Below are positions 30,631 to 39,658 of a DNA stretch of 64,000 nt, one piece after another. The notes under the pieces were generated by a model. The model made no database searches and was not told the origin of the DNA. It saw only the letters and a program-made list of their open reading frames with translations. Every line of letters begins with the position of its first letter. Positions within the stretch are counted from its first letter, which is position 1. Made by a program: the position numbers and the translations under genes. Source of the DNA: an uncultured Verrucomicrobiae bacterium (GTDB taxonomy: Bacteria; Verrucomicrobiota; Verrucomicrobiia; Chthoniobacterales; UBA10450); NCBI GenBank assembly GCA_963772365.1, contig CAVYXA010000001.1, positions 896,001-960,000 of the forward strand, in the 5' to 3' direction.

Positions 30631-30710
30631 TATAATTATTAGAAAGCAGGTCTCCTGCCAATTCCGATCCGCCGCATACTCATCGCCAACGCCAACCTCT
30701 GAAAGCAATC

Positions 30711-31485
30711 TTAGTACCCGAACTCGAAGCAGAAATAATCCTTCGGCCGGCGCGACAAAACGATCGGAACCAGCCGTCGCAGACTTGAGCCGGGCTTTGA
30801 TCTGCTGCGGCGTTAACTTGCCCAACGCACACTGCATGGCCGCTCCGACCATTAACCGCACCATTTTATATAAGAACCCATCGCCCTCGATATCGATCGT
30901 GATGCATCGACTGTTACGACGAACCCGAATGGAGTGGATTGTCCGGACTGTATCGGATCTCTTAAGAGGGCAATTTGGTTTTACGGCTGATGACTTCCCG
31001 CGATTCGCAGCGAATGCCGCAAAATCATGCGTCCCGACAAACTCAGCTAGAGCCCGGTTTAATAAACTAAAATCGAATGGAGCGGCGATATGCCAGACGC
31101 GGTTCAATTCGAACGGAGGCAGAACTGGCCCTGCCCAGATTCGATAGCGGTAAACCTTGCCTCTAGCCGAAAACCGGGCGTGGAATCGCGGTGAAACATA
31201 TCGACAACGAAGAACCCGAATCGTCGGTGGCAGTAGCGCGTTCAAAGCTACCGTCCAACGCGGCGGTGATAAGCGCGTGTTACTAAGATCGACATGAGCG
31301 CATTGAGCAAGCGCGTGAACGCCCGTATCCGTTCGGCCGGCGCCATGAACTCTCACGCGCTCACCGCTTATTTTTTCAAACGCAAGTTCAAGACGATCCT
31401 GGATCGTCTTGCGATGGGTTTGGCTTTGCCATCCAGCGAATGACGTGCCGTCGTACGCTACGATCAATTTTAATCGACGCGACAT
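30711..31485 (-). CDS. truA: tRNA pseudouridine(38-40) synthase; stop codon lost through a 1-nt insertion near 30718
   Basis: YDGT, AGRTDTGVHA, FHARF, FLYKMVR, APAEGLFL; removing one G gives ...RVRY-TAA. Confidence 0.93.
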
Positions 31486-31501
31486 GCCAGCGTGCCGACG
31501 G

Positions 31502-31948
31502 TTACGATTCCGGGAACGGCATCGCATCGGAGGCTCGTTGGCGGTCGAGATATCCTTGCAAGATCATTTGGGCGGCAACTTGATCGATATAGCCACGGGT
31601 CTGTCGCGTTTTTTTTCCGGCTTCGCGAAGGGCGCGGTTCGCCGCTACAGTTGTTAATCGTTCGTCCCAGGTAACAATTTCGCACGAAACAAGCGGGCGC
31701 AGTTTTTCGACGAACCGCAATGCTTCATCCGCCGCCGGACCGATTTGTCCATTCATCTGACGCGGAATTCCGACCACAACCCGGCCAATCTTTTTCTCGC
31801 GGACGATTTCGGCTATTCGAGAAGGCGATTTCTTGTCAGCGGCAATCGTCTGGAGCGGGTGTGCCAGCATCAATAATTCATCTGAGATCGCCAGCCCAAT
31901 GCGAGCACGGCCATAGTCAACTCCCAACACTGGATTTATCGCGGCCAT
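31502..31948 (-). CDS. ruvX: Holliday junction resolvase-like / pre-16S rRNA nuclease YqgF
   Basis: LGVDYGRARIGLAISD, WDERLTT, IDQVAAQMILQ. Confidence 0.93.
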   Translation of the reverse strand: MAAINPVLGVDYGRARIGLAISDELLMLAHPLQTIAADKKSPSRIAEIVREKKIGRVVVGIPRQMNGQIGPAADEALRFVEKLRPLVSCEIVTWDERLTTVAANRALREAGKKTRQTRGYIDQVAAQMILQGYLDRQRASDAMPFPES

Positions 31949-31953
31949 TCTGC

Positions 31954-33027
31954 TTACTGAAGGGCGGGAGGAAGTTTGCCAATCAAATTCTTGATCTTCT
32001 CGGCGTGGTGACGATGGCAAACCAGAATCGCATCTGGAGTTCGCACTACGATCAAATCCTGGACTCCCAGGAGAGCGATCGTTACGCCGTCCTGATCGAA
32101 CACGATATTGTTTGACGAATCGAGCGCTGTAATCGCGCAATTGGCGGCGTTCTCATGTTCATCCTTCTTGAAATAGTTTGCCACCGCGCGCCAGCTTCCG
32201 ATGTCGTCCCAGTCGAACCCTGCTTCGACGACCAAAACACGCTCGGCTTTTTCCATGATCGCATAATCGAACGAAATTCGCGGCAGGTGAGCGAATTTCT
32301 CGTGTAGCACCTTGTCGAACTTTCCCGCAGCGCGGAGTTGGGAAATGAAGTGCCCGAGTTCGGGAGCGTGCCGGTTGAACTCGCTGAGCACGGTCGGTAC
32401 GGACCAGACGAACATCCCGGCGTTCCACCGAAAATTGCCTTTGCGCAAAAATGATTCGGCAAGATCGACATTCGGTTTTTCACGAAATCGCAGCACGCGA
32501 TGAACTGCAGTTTCGTTCGGCTGACTTTTCAACTGGACCGCCTTACCTTGCTCGATGTAGCCGTAACCAGGGCAAGCCCAGGTCGGTTTGATACCAATCG
32601 TGACTAGCTCCCCCGTTTCTTCTGCAGCATCTGCCGCGAGGGACAAAGTCTTCCGAAACGCGACACCGTCTTTGATGAGATGATCGGCAGGCAGAACCAG
32701 CATGGTTGCGGCCCGATCGCGTGATGCGATCCAACCGGTGCCTAGTGCCACCGCCGCCGCCGTGTCGCGCTTATCCGGCTCGGCGATGATGTTTTCATGG
32801 GGAAGCGAGGCCAGCAATTTCCGAACGGGCGCTTCCTGCTCCACGTTTGTGAGAACGAGAATTCGCTCCGGCGAGATGAGGTCTTCTAACCGCTCCACAG
32901 TTTCTTCGAGCAGAGTTTTTTCTGAGACCAGTCGCAGCAGTTGCTTGGGACGAGATCGTCGACTCACCGGCCAAAACCGTTCACCGCTTCCACCGGCGAG
33001 AATCAGCGCATAAATCGGATTGGACAT
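31954..33027 (-). CDS. manC: Mannose-1-phosphate guanylyltransferase
   Basis: LAGGSGERFWPVSR..PKQ, PADH, GYGYI, SFDYAIME, WDDIGSW. Confidence 0.93.
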   Translation of the reverse strand: MSNPIYALILAGGSGERFWPVSRRSRPKQLLRLVSEKTLLEETVERLEDLISPERILVLTNVEQEAPVRKLLASLPHENIIAEPDKRDTAAAVALGTGWIASRDRAATMLVLPADHLIKDGVAFRKTLSLAADAAEETGELVTIGIKPTWACPGYGYIEQGKAVQLKSQPNETAVHRVLRFREKPNVDLAESFLRKGNFRWNAGMFVWSVPTVLSEFNRHAPELGHFISQLRAAGKFDKVLHEKFAHLPRISFDYAIMEKAERVLVVEAGFDWDDIGSWRAVANYFKKDEHENAANCAITALDSSNNIVFDQDGVTIALLGVQDLIVVRTPDAILVCHRHHAEKIKNLIGKLPPALQ

Positions 33028-33109
33028 CTAAAACAAGCATCGCGTGGATTCTTTCGCCGCATGGGATTTTCCCATTTCTTTTTCGAAAACGCGACGTATA
33101 AGGTAGGCG

Positions 33110-33412
33110 ATGTCCCTTCCGTTATCCATCGCAAAAAGCTCTGAGCAACTCCCGCTCGACAGCTTGTTAATCCTGACGCGAACGGCGTTTGGGCTCGGCA
33201 TGGGAATCTTGATGGCGGATCGAATCAAGCAGCCCGTCCGGCAAGCGGCGGGGATTGCGCTGGTTTCCATCGGCGCACTGGCGGCGGTTCCGCTGCTGGT
33301 AAGAGCTGCATTGGAACGAATCAATCGACCAGAAACAGATCGCGGCAGTCGTGCCCGGCTCCGATCCATTCGCGGCGATTCCGGCTACCGTTCGGAATTC
33401 GACGTTTATTAG
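33110..33412 (+). CDS. Small hypothetical membrane protein
   Basis: Two hydrophobic segments; fills the intergenic space. Confidence 0.65.
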   Translation: MSLPLSIAKSSEQLPLDSLLILTRTAFGLGMGILMADRIKQPVRQAAGIALVSIGALAAVPLLVRAALERINRPETDRGSRARLRSIRGDSGYRSEFDVY

Positions 33413-33443
33413 AACGGTGGTTTTGCCCTGGGCATCTCGGCGC

Positions 33444-35195
33444 CTATCGGCCGCGAGTGAGAAGGTAATTTCCCAAAACCAGCACATCCATCTTAGTGCG
33501 GAGAAAACAGGCGAGCGCTTCCTCTGGATAACAGATCATCGGCTCGTTTGCGTTGAGTGATGTATTCAGAAGCATCGGAACTTCTGCTATGTCCTGGAAA
33601 TACTCGATTAGGCGGTGAAACCGAGGGCTGGTTTCCTTGTCCACAGTCTGCAAGCGGCCGCTGCCATCCAGGTGCGTGACGGCAGGGATTAGCGCGCGAT
33701 GTTTTGAACGAATGGAAAGAGCTTCCGTCATAAAAGGCACATCGGCTTCCTGGTCGAACCATTCCGAAACCGCCTCACGGAGGATCGACAATGCGAATGG
33801 TCGAAACGCTTCGTGGCGTTTGATTTTCGCGTTCACAATTTCTTTCATGTCCGACCGGCGCGGATCCGCCAGGATTGATCGATGACCCAGGGCCGACGGC
33901 CCCCACTCCGCCCGATCTTGGAACCAACCCACCACTTTACCATCGGCGATTTCATGGGCCGTATGTCGCAACAGCGCCTCCTCGTCTGCGAATATCGTGA
34001 CTAGACACCCTTCCGCGGCGATCTCATTGCGCTTCCAATCGATCACCGCGTAAATCTCTACTTGAGGCGATTGAGGACCAAAATACGCAGTGGTTAGCGG
34101 CCGCAAATCGGAGCTGAGTTGGGCATTCAATGTCGAGTGAACATAAACCGCGGCGCCCAGCGCGCCGCCGGCATCGCCCGCTGCTGGCGGCAAATATATT
34201 TTCTTAAACGGGGTCCGCCGGCAAATCTTGCCATTCGCAACTGAATTCAGTGCGCAACTGCCGGCTAGCGCAAGATTTTCGGAGGGATGTTGTTTGTGGA
34301 GTGCCTGTAGCAGTTCGAAAAGCGCTTTTTCATAAATCGTCTGAACCGAACGAGCAATGTCCTTATGTTTCTGTTCGATTGGCTCACCCTCTTTTCGCGG
34401 AGGCCCCAGGAGATCCACAAGCGTCTGCTGGTAAAGCGTTCCCATCCCTGGCGCGCAATTTTTCCAGCTGAACGAAATGTTACCTGTGTGATGTCGAAAG
34501 TATCTCAGATTGAGAAGAAAGGTCCCGTCTGGCTGGATTAACAAGACTTCGCGAAGCTGCTGCACAAAGCTCGGCTCGCCATGCGCAGCCAGGGCCATGA
34601 CCTTGTATTCGTCGCCATAATTCGGAAAGCCGACAAACTGGGTCAGGGCCGAATAAAAAACCCCTAACGAATGCGGAAAATAAATCCGATCGTCGATTTT
34701 GATTGTGTCGTCCTTGCCAAACCCCAGCGCGGTGCTGGTGAAATCGCCGAATCCATCTACCGAAAGACAGGCAGCTTCGGTAAATCCCGAAACTAAAAAA
34801 GCCGAAGCCAGGTGCGCGAGATGATGTTCGACATGATGCAGGTCGGCCTTGAGCGACAGGTTGTATTGTTTTTCGAGCGTCTCTTTGATCGAAGCGGCAC
34901 TTCGAATGTTTTTAATTTTCTCCCACATCAATTTCGGATGCGATTGATGAGTGAGAAGGAACTCGAACCGCCGCCAGTTGTGCGCACTCGGCTGGCGATT
35001 GATCGCAATATGATCGACATCGCCGAAATTCAGTCGCGCCTCCCGCAAACAATAATCGATGGCCTGGGTCGGCAGCCCCGCCCAATGTTTGATCCGCCGG
35101 AACCGTTCTTCCTCGGCAGCCACCACCAGTTTTCCATCGACAAGCAGACATGCCGCCGAATCCGCAAGATAAGCGTTTAGGCCCAGAATGATCAT
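33444..35195 (-). CDS. NodU/CmcH family carbamoyltransferase with degenerate motifs
   Basis: AAEEERF.RIKH, HHLAH, DGFGD, GDAG, ALGHRSILADP, VTH.DGSGRLQTV, LLNTS. Confidence 0.9.
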   Translation of the reverse strand: MIILGLNAYLADSAACLLVDGKLVVAAEEERFRRIKHWAGLPTQAIDYCLREARLNFGDVDHIAINRQPSAHNWRRFEFLLTHQSHPKLMWEKIKNIRSAASIKETLEKQYNLSLKADLHHVEHHLAHLASAFLVSGFTEAACLSVDGFGDFTSTALGFGKDDTIKIDDRIYFPHSLGVFYSALTQFVGFPNYGDEYKVMALAAHGEPSFVQQLREVLLIQPDGTFLLNLRYFRHHTGNISFSWKNCAPGMGTLYQQTLVDLLGPPRKEGEPIEQKHKDIARSVQTIYEKALFELLQALHKQHPSENLALAGSCALNSVANGKICRRTPFKKIYLPPAAGDAGGALGAAVYVHSTLNAQLSSDLRPLTTAYFGPQSPQVEIYAVIDWKRNEIAAEGCLVTIFADEEALLRHTAHEIADGKVVGWFQDRAEWGPSALGHRSILADPRRSDMKEIVNAKIKRHEAFRPFALSILREAVSEWFDQEADVPFMTEALSIRSKHRALIPAVTHLDGSGRLQTVDKETSPRFHRLIEYFQDIAEVPMLLNTSLNANEPMICYPEEALACFLRTKMDVLVLGNYLLTRGR

Positions 35196-35353
35196 GGCAA
35201 GGGGAGAGGAAGAGTGGAGGGAACAGGAATCAGAGCAATTCCGATGCGTGGCATCAGATCAAATTGCAGGACAAGAATGCAGCCAGTAGCAACCGCTGGC
35301 CACCGAAGACATAATTATCTTCTCTGCGAAAAAAATTATTGCCAAGTCCGCCA

Positions 35354-35370
35354 CTGGCATGATAGGTGCA
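35354..35370 (+). promoter_or_regulatory. Putative sigma-54 (-24/-12) promoter
   Basis: CTGGCATGATAGGTGCA has GG-N10-GC, 20 nt upstream of the ATG at 35391. Confidence 0.6.
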
Positions 35371-35390
35371 CCCAAAAAACGCAGAGCTCT

Positions 35391-35570
35391 ATGAAAGTTG
35401 TGGCAATCACTCTCCTTGTTTCCCTCGTTCTTTCATCTCAACTCTTGGCCGTCTTGCGCCCTCGTTTTCCCGAAAAGGCAGACCCGCCAAGTCGCGGCAA
35501 CGTCATCGTGATCGGTGACGATTCACATCGGCACCCGTCGAAACACGACCCGCGCACCGCCGATAAGTAA
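35391..35570 (+). CDS. Small secreted hypothetical peptide (59 aa)
   Basis: Signal peptide MKVVAITLLVSLVLSSQLLA; upstream sigma-54-like motif. Confidence 0.6.
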   Translation: MKVVAITLLVSLVLSSQLLAVLRPRFPEKADPPSRGNVIVIGDDSHRHPSKHDPRTADK

Positions 35571-35608
35571 AAGACCACCCATCCAGCGCGGGGGCGTTGG
35601 CGCTCTGA

Positions 35609-36004
35609 TCACCGTTTCGCCAATACGCTAAGCTCCCAGCGATAACCATCGCGGTCACGAAACCATAATCCCATATTCAGCGAATCCGGTGCTTCCGGCC
35701 CGATCTCGTCACCAGGGTCCTCAAGATCGACGCCTTCTTTTTTCAAATGAGCCAATGCTTTTCGCAGCATAGTCATGCTCGGCAAGTGAAATGACATGTG
35801 ATCAATCGTTTGCGGGGACGGCTTTCCTTTTGAGAGCGCAATCGTGACATTCTGATTGCCCACGGCAATTCCGCCATCGAACTCGAACTCTTTTTTCAGT
35901 CCCAGAGCGCGTTCAAACCACTTCGCACTCTGCTTCGGATTGCGCACAGCCAATCCAAAGTGACCCACTTCACCGACAGTAAATGGAACTTTTTTGGCTG
36001 CCAT
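35609..36004 (-). CDS. VOC/glyoxalase family protein
   Basis: VGHFGLAV, IDHMSF, WFRDRDGYRWEL. Confidence 0.88.
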   Translation of the reverse strand: MAAKKVPFTVGEVGHFGLAVRNPKQSAKWFERALGLKKEFEFDGGIAVGNQNVTIALSKGKPSPQTIDHMSFHLPSMTMLRKALAHLKKEGVDLEDPGDEIGPEAPDSLNMGLWFRDRDGYRWELSVLAKR

Positions 36005-36180
36005 TCCGTAGAGAAATCGCGCGCCGGAAGGTATCTGAGGGGTCACTTTGTTCTGCCAGAGTTCCGATGGTGGCTGGAGACAATGACTCCGGCTGACGCG
36101 GGCTACGATTGACGATTCACGAGTCACGCATTCTCGATTAAGATAATCGGCCAATGTCCGAATCGGGTTCAATAGAGACG

Positions 36181-37989
36181 ATGCCGATCGCCCCGAACCG
36201 TGTCGATCTTCTGATTATGCTCGGGCTCGTTGTCAGTACCATGGCGATTTACGGGCAAGTGGTCACTCATCACTTCATCAATCTTGATGATCCCAGCTAC
36301 ATCGTTAACAACCCGGCGGTGAATCATGGCGTAACGCTGCCCGGAATGTTGTGGGCCTTGATCGCTTTTCACGCCGCTAACTGGCATCCGCTTACCTGGA
36401 TCTCCCACATGATCGACGCTCAGTTGTTCGGATTGAACGCGGGCGGCCATTTGTTCGTTAACGCACTAATCCATTCCGCCAACGCCGCGCTCGTTTTTTG
36501 GTTCTTGCGACGCGCGACGACTAAAATCTGGCCGAGCGCAATCGTGGCCGCTCTTTTCGCACTGCACCCGCTGCATGTGGAATCGGTTGCCTGGGCCGCG
36601 GAACGTAAGGACACGCTGTCAACATTGTTCGGACTGCTCTCGCTGATCGCGTATGTCCGTTACGCAGAGTCGCCTTCAACAAGGCGTTACCTGCTCGTTG
36701 CCCTCGCACTCATACTCGGACTTATGGCCAAATCGATGCTGGTGACCTGGCCATTCGTCATGCTGTTGCTGGACTACTGGCCGCTGGGTAGATGGCACAG
36801 TGGAACTGGGAAGGCGCAAACTGCCAGAAGACTGCTCGTCGAGAAAATTCCGCTGTTTGTTATCGTCGGCCTCTCGTCTCTGATCACTTATGTTGCGCAA
36901 TCTCACGGTGGGGCGACACGAGCGTTTGTCGCCACCGCGATCGATGTGCGTCTGTGCAATGCACTCATCGCCTACACGAAATATGTGTGGCTCACATTGT
37001 GGCCGCACAACCTGGTCCTCTATTACCCATATCGAAACGTCGTGATCTGGGATGCGCTTATCGCCGCCTTCCCGCTGATTGTTATTACCGGGTTCTGCTT
37101 CTCGGAACGAGAACAGCGCCCATATCTGATTGTCGGCTGGCTTTGGTTTGTCGGCACTCTCGTGCCTGTGATTGGGCTCATTCAGGTCGGCGGACAAGCG
37201 ATGGCAGATCGCTATCACTACGTTCCGTCAATTGGACTATTCACCGCGCTGGTCTTCGGCGTCGCCGATTTTGTACCTCGCGGCCGAACTTCTTGTGCAG
37301 TTGTGTCGGGCGTAACTGCTGTCGTGCTGGTGGTCTTTTCCATTCTGACCTTCCGGCAAATTCAACTGTGGCGCGACACGTTCACACTTTTCGAGCACAC
37401 ACTGCGGATCGCACCGCGGGGGAATTTGCCTATCGAATACAATCTTGGGCTCGCCTATGCCGACATCGGCAAAGATGATGAGGCGATGGTGCACTTCGAA
37501 AATACGCTCAAAATCAATCCACATTTTCCGCTCGCGCTCGTCAGCATGGGTACGATTCGTCACCAGCAAGGCCGCATTTCTGAAGCGAGGGCGCTTTTCG
37601 AACGCGCCGCTCAAGCGGAACCGAACCTGCCGCAGGCCCACATCGGGCTCGGTCTTTGTTTTGCCGCGCAAAACGAAACTGAATCGGCGATAGCGGAATT
37701 GCGCGAAGCCGCGCGTCTCGATCCCACCGGCGCAGCCCGAGCCAATTTGGGTTTGATCCTGGCGCAATCAGGCAAAATTACCGAAGGCATCGATACATTG
37801 CACGAGGCGCTGCGGTTAGATCCAAACAACGCGGAAGCGCACAACAATTTGGGCGCTGTCCTCTTCGCCATCGGCAAAACGCGCGAAAGCATCCCAGAAT
37901 TTCAGGCGGCACTCCGGTTGAATCCATCCCTCAACTCCGCCAGCAAAAATCTCGACCGGGCCTGGCTCAAACTGGCTTCCGAGCCGTAA
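36181..37989 (+). CDS. TMTC-like multi-pass membrane protein (GT-C-like) with C-terminal TPRs
   Basis: FINLDD, WHPLTW, HPLHVESVAW..ERKD, ADRY; TPR repeats such as AEAHNNLG. Confidence 0.88.
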   Translation: MPIAPNRVDLLIMLGLVVSTMAIYGQVVTHHFINLDDPSYIVNNPAVNHGVTLPGMLWALIAFHAANWHPLTWISHMIDAQLFGLNAGGHLFVNALIHSANAALVFWFLRRATTKIWPSAIVAALFALHPLHVESVAWAAERKDTLSTLFGLLSLIAYVRYAESPSTRRYLLVALALILGLMAKSMLVTWPFVMLLLDYWPLGRWHSGTGKAQTARRLLVEKIPLFVIVGLSSLITYVAQSHGGATRAFVATAIDVRLCNALIAYTKYVWLTLWPHNLVLYYPYRNVVIWDALIAAFPLIVITGFCFSEREQRPYLIVGWLWFVGTLVPVIGLIQVGGQAMADRYHYVPSIGLFTALVFGVADFVPRGRTSCAVVSGVTAVVLVVFSILTFRQIQLWRDTFTLFEHTLRIAPRGNLPIEYNLGLAYADIGKDDEAMVHFENTLKINPHFPLALVSMGTIRHQQGRISEARALFERAAQAEPNLPQAHIGLGLCFAAQNETESAIAELREAARLDPTGAARANLGLILAQSGKITEGIDTLHEALRLDPNNAEAHNNLGAVLFAIGKTRESIPEFQAALRLNPSLNSASKNLDRAWLKLASEP

Positions 37990-38010
37990 TATTTCTTTCG
38001 CGCGAAGAAC

Positions 38011-39453
38011 TCAGGACAATGTGCTTTCGATCATCCTTCGAATGATCTCCCACGCCTTGGCCACATGTTCTTCAGTCGTAAGGATGTTTCCAAGGCCTAT
38101 TCGCATAACGGTACTACCGCGAAGTTTGGTTTGAGTCAGATAAGCGCGTCCTGACGCGTTGACCTTTTCCACGATGTCGCCATTGATCTTGTCGAGCTTG
38201 TTCGGACCGGCTCCGATGAATCGGAAACAGACCACGCCCATGTTTACCGGGGCTGCGAGTTCGAATCGACTGTCGATCCTCACCCAATCCGCGAACAACG
38301 CCGCCAGGCGCGCCGCTTCGCGCAATCGCGCCGCGATTCCTTCGCGCCCGAAGCTGCGAAAAATAACCCAGGCTTTGAGCGCGCGAAATCGTCGGCCTAA
38401 CTGAATGCCATAATCCATGTAGTTCTTCTGCGCTTCGACTGTGTCGCCACGCAAATACTCTGGCACGAGTGTAAAGACGCGCCGCAGGCGTTCCAAATCA
38501 CGCACGTAGAGGACGCTGAAATCGAGCGGGACAAAGAGGGATTTATGGGGATTAACGACAATGGAGTCTGCTTCGTTCCAACTCGCGGTGATCCATTTGT
38601 ATTCCTGCGTGATGGCGAATCCCGCGCCGTATGCGCCATCGATGTGGAGCCAGACTCTTTCATCGCGGCAAATCTGCGCAATTTCCGAGACAGGATCGAC
38701 ACTTGCGGTGGATGTTGTGCCGACGGTAGCGATCACCGCTAGCGGACGAAATTTGGATTGTCGATCCTGGGCAATCATTTCGCCTAACGCTGCCGGATCC
38801 ATTCTAAATTCTGCATCGACCGGCACGCGCCGGACGTTTTCTTCACCCAATCCAAGCGCAATTGCCGCTTTCTCGGCCGAGCTGTGCGCCTGCTCGGATG
38901 CATAAATCCGCAGCACCGGCGCGCCTGTTGCCACAAGCCCTCGTTTGCGGGTGGAAGGCGCCGCTTCCTCGCGCGCAACCGCGAGCGCGTGCATTACGCC
39001 GACTGATGCCGTGTCAAACACGACACCGCCAAACTCGTTTGGCAATTGCATCCATTGCCGGATCCAATCGACTACGACCGTCTCCAGCTCCGTGGCTGCT
39101 GGGCATGTTCGCCAAGTCATCGCGTTCACGTTCAAGGGCGCGCTGATGATCTCGCCGAGAATTCCCGGCCCGGTTGTCGTCCAGCCGAAATAACCCAGAA
39201 ACATCGGATGCGCCCAATGCGTCATACCGGGCACGATCAGATGATCGACATCGGCCAAGATTCTCTCGAAGGCTTCACCTTTTTCAGGCGGCTCCATGGA
39301 TAACTCTGCCTGAATCGCGCCAGGCTTATCGTTCGGAGAGACGCGGAGCCGTTCGATCTTCTCGCGATGATCGGCGATCCAATCCGCGAGCCCGTGTAAC
39401 TGCCGCCGAAATTCGCCCGGAGGAGTGTCACCCAAGTCTGTCTGATCGTTCAT
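38011..39453 (-). CDS. PLP-dependent aromatic-L-amino-acid decarboxylase family protein
   Basis: PGMTHWAHP, PAATELE, HSS, WLHIDGAY, NPHK. Confidence 0.93.
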   Translation of the reverse strand: MNDQTDLGDTPPGEFRRQLHGLADWIADHREKIERLRVSPNDKPGAIQAELSMEPPEKGEAFERILADVDHLIVPGMTHWAHPMFLGYFGWTTTGPGILGEIISAPLNVNAMTWRTCPAATELETVVVDWIRQWMQLPNEFGGVVFDTASVGVMHALAVAREEAAPSTRKRGLVATGAPVLRIYASEQAHSSAEKAAIALGLGEENVRRVPVDAEFRMDPAALGEMIAQDRQSKFRPLAVIATVGTTSTASVDPVSEIAQICRDERVWLHIDGAYGAGFAITQEYKWITASWNEADSIVVNPHKSLFVPLDFSVLYVRDLERLRRVFTLVPEYLRGDTVEAQKNYMDYGIQLGRRFRALKAWVIFRSFGREGIAARLREAARLAALFADWVRIDSRFELAAPVNMGVVCFRFIGAGPNKLDKINGDIVEKVNASGRAYLTQTKLRGSTVMRIGLGNILTTEEHVAKAWEIIRRMIESTLS

Positions 39454-39468
39454 CGTTCACGACCCTAC

Positions 39469-39640
39469 TGTCATGTTGAGCGAAGCGAAACATCTCTGAC
39501 CATTGTTCCCGGCGCTGCAAAAAGAAAAGAAATGAAATTGAACTCGTTCGTCTCCCGACTTACTCGCCGCTACCCTTGCGGCCCTACGGTCCATGTCGCT
39601 CATCCCATTCGCTCCATTCTTCGCTTCGATCAGAATGACA
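39469..39640. repeat. GTCAT-type REP-like inverted doublet (intergenic)
   Basis: tgtcatgttgagcgaagcgaa at the left; reverse complement of the right arm is tgtcattctgatcgaagcgaagaat. Confidence 0.75.
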
Positions 39641-39658
39641 TTTCTTAAAAGGATGGCA

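Noticed and set aside
27526..31527. Apparent 1333-aa TruA-histidine kinase fusion
   Set aside because: Removing one G from CGGGTACTAA restores a normal truA end (RY-stop); the linker looks intergenic and the kinase has its own ATG at 30630.
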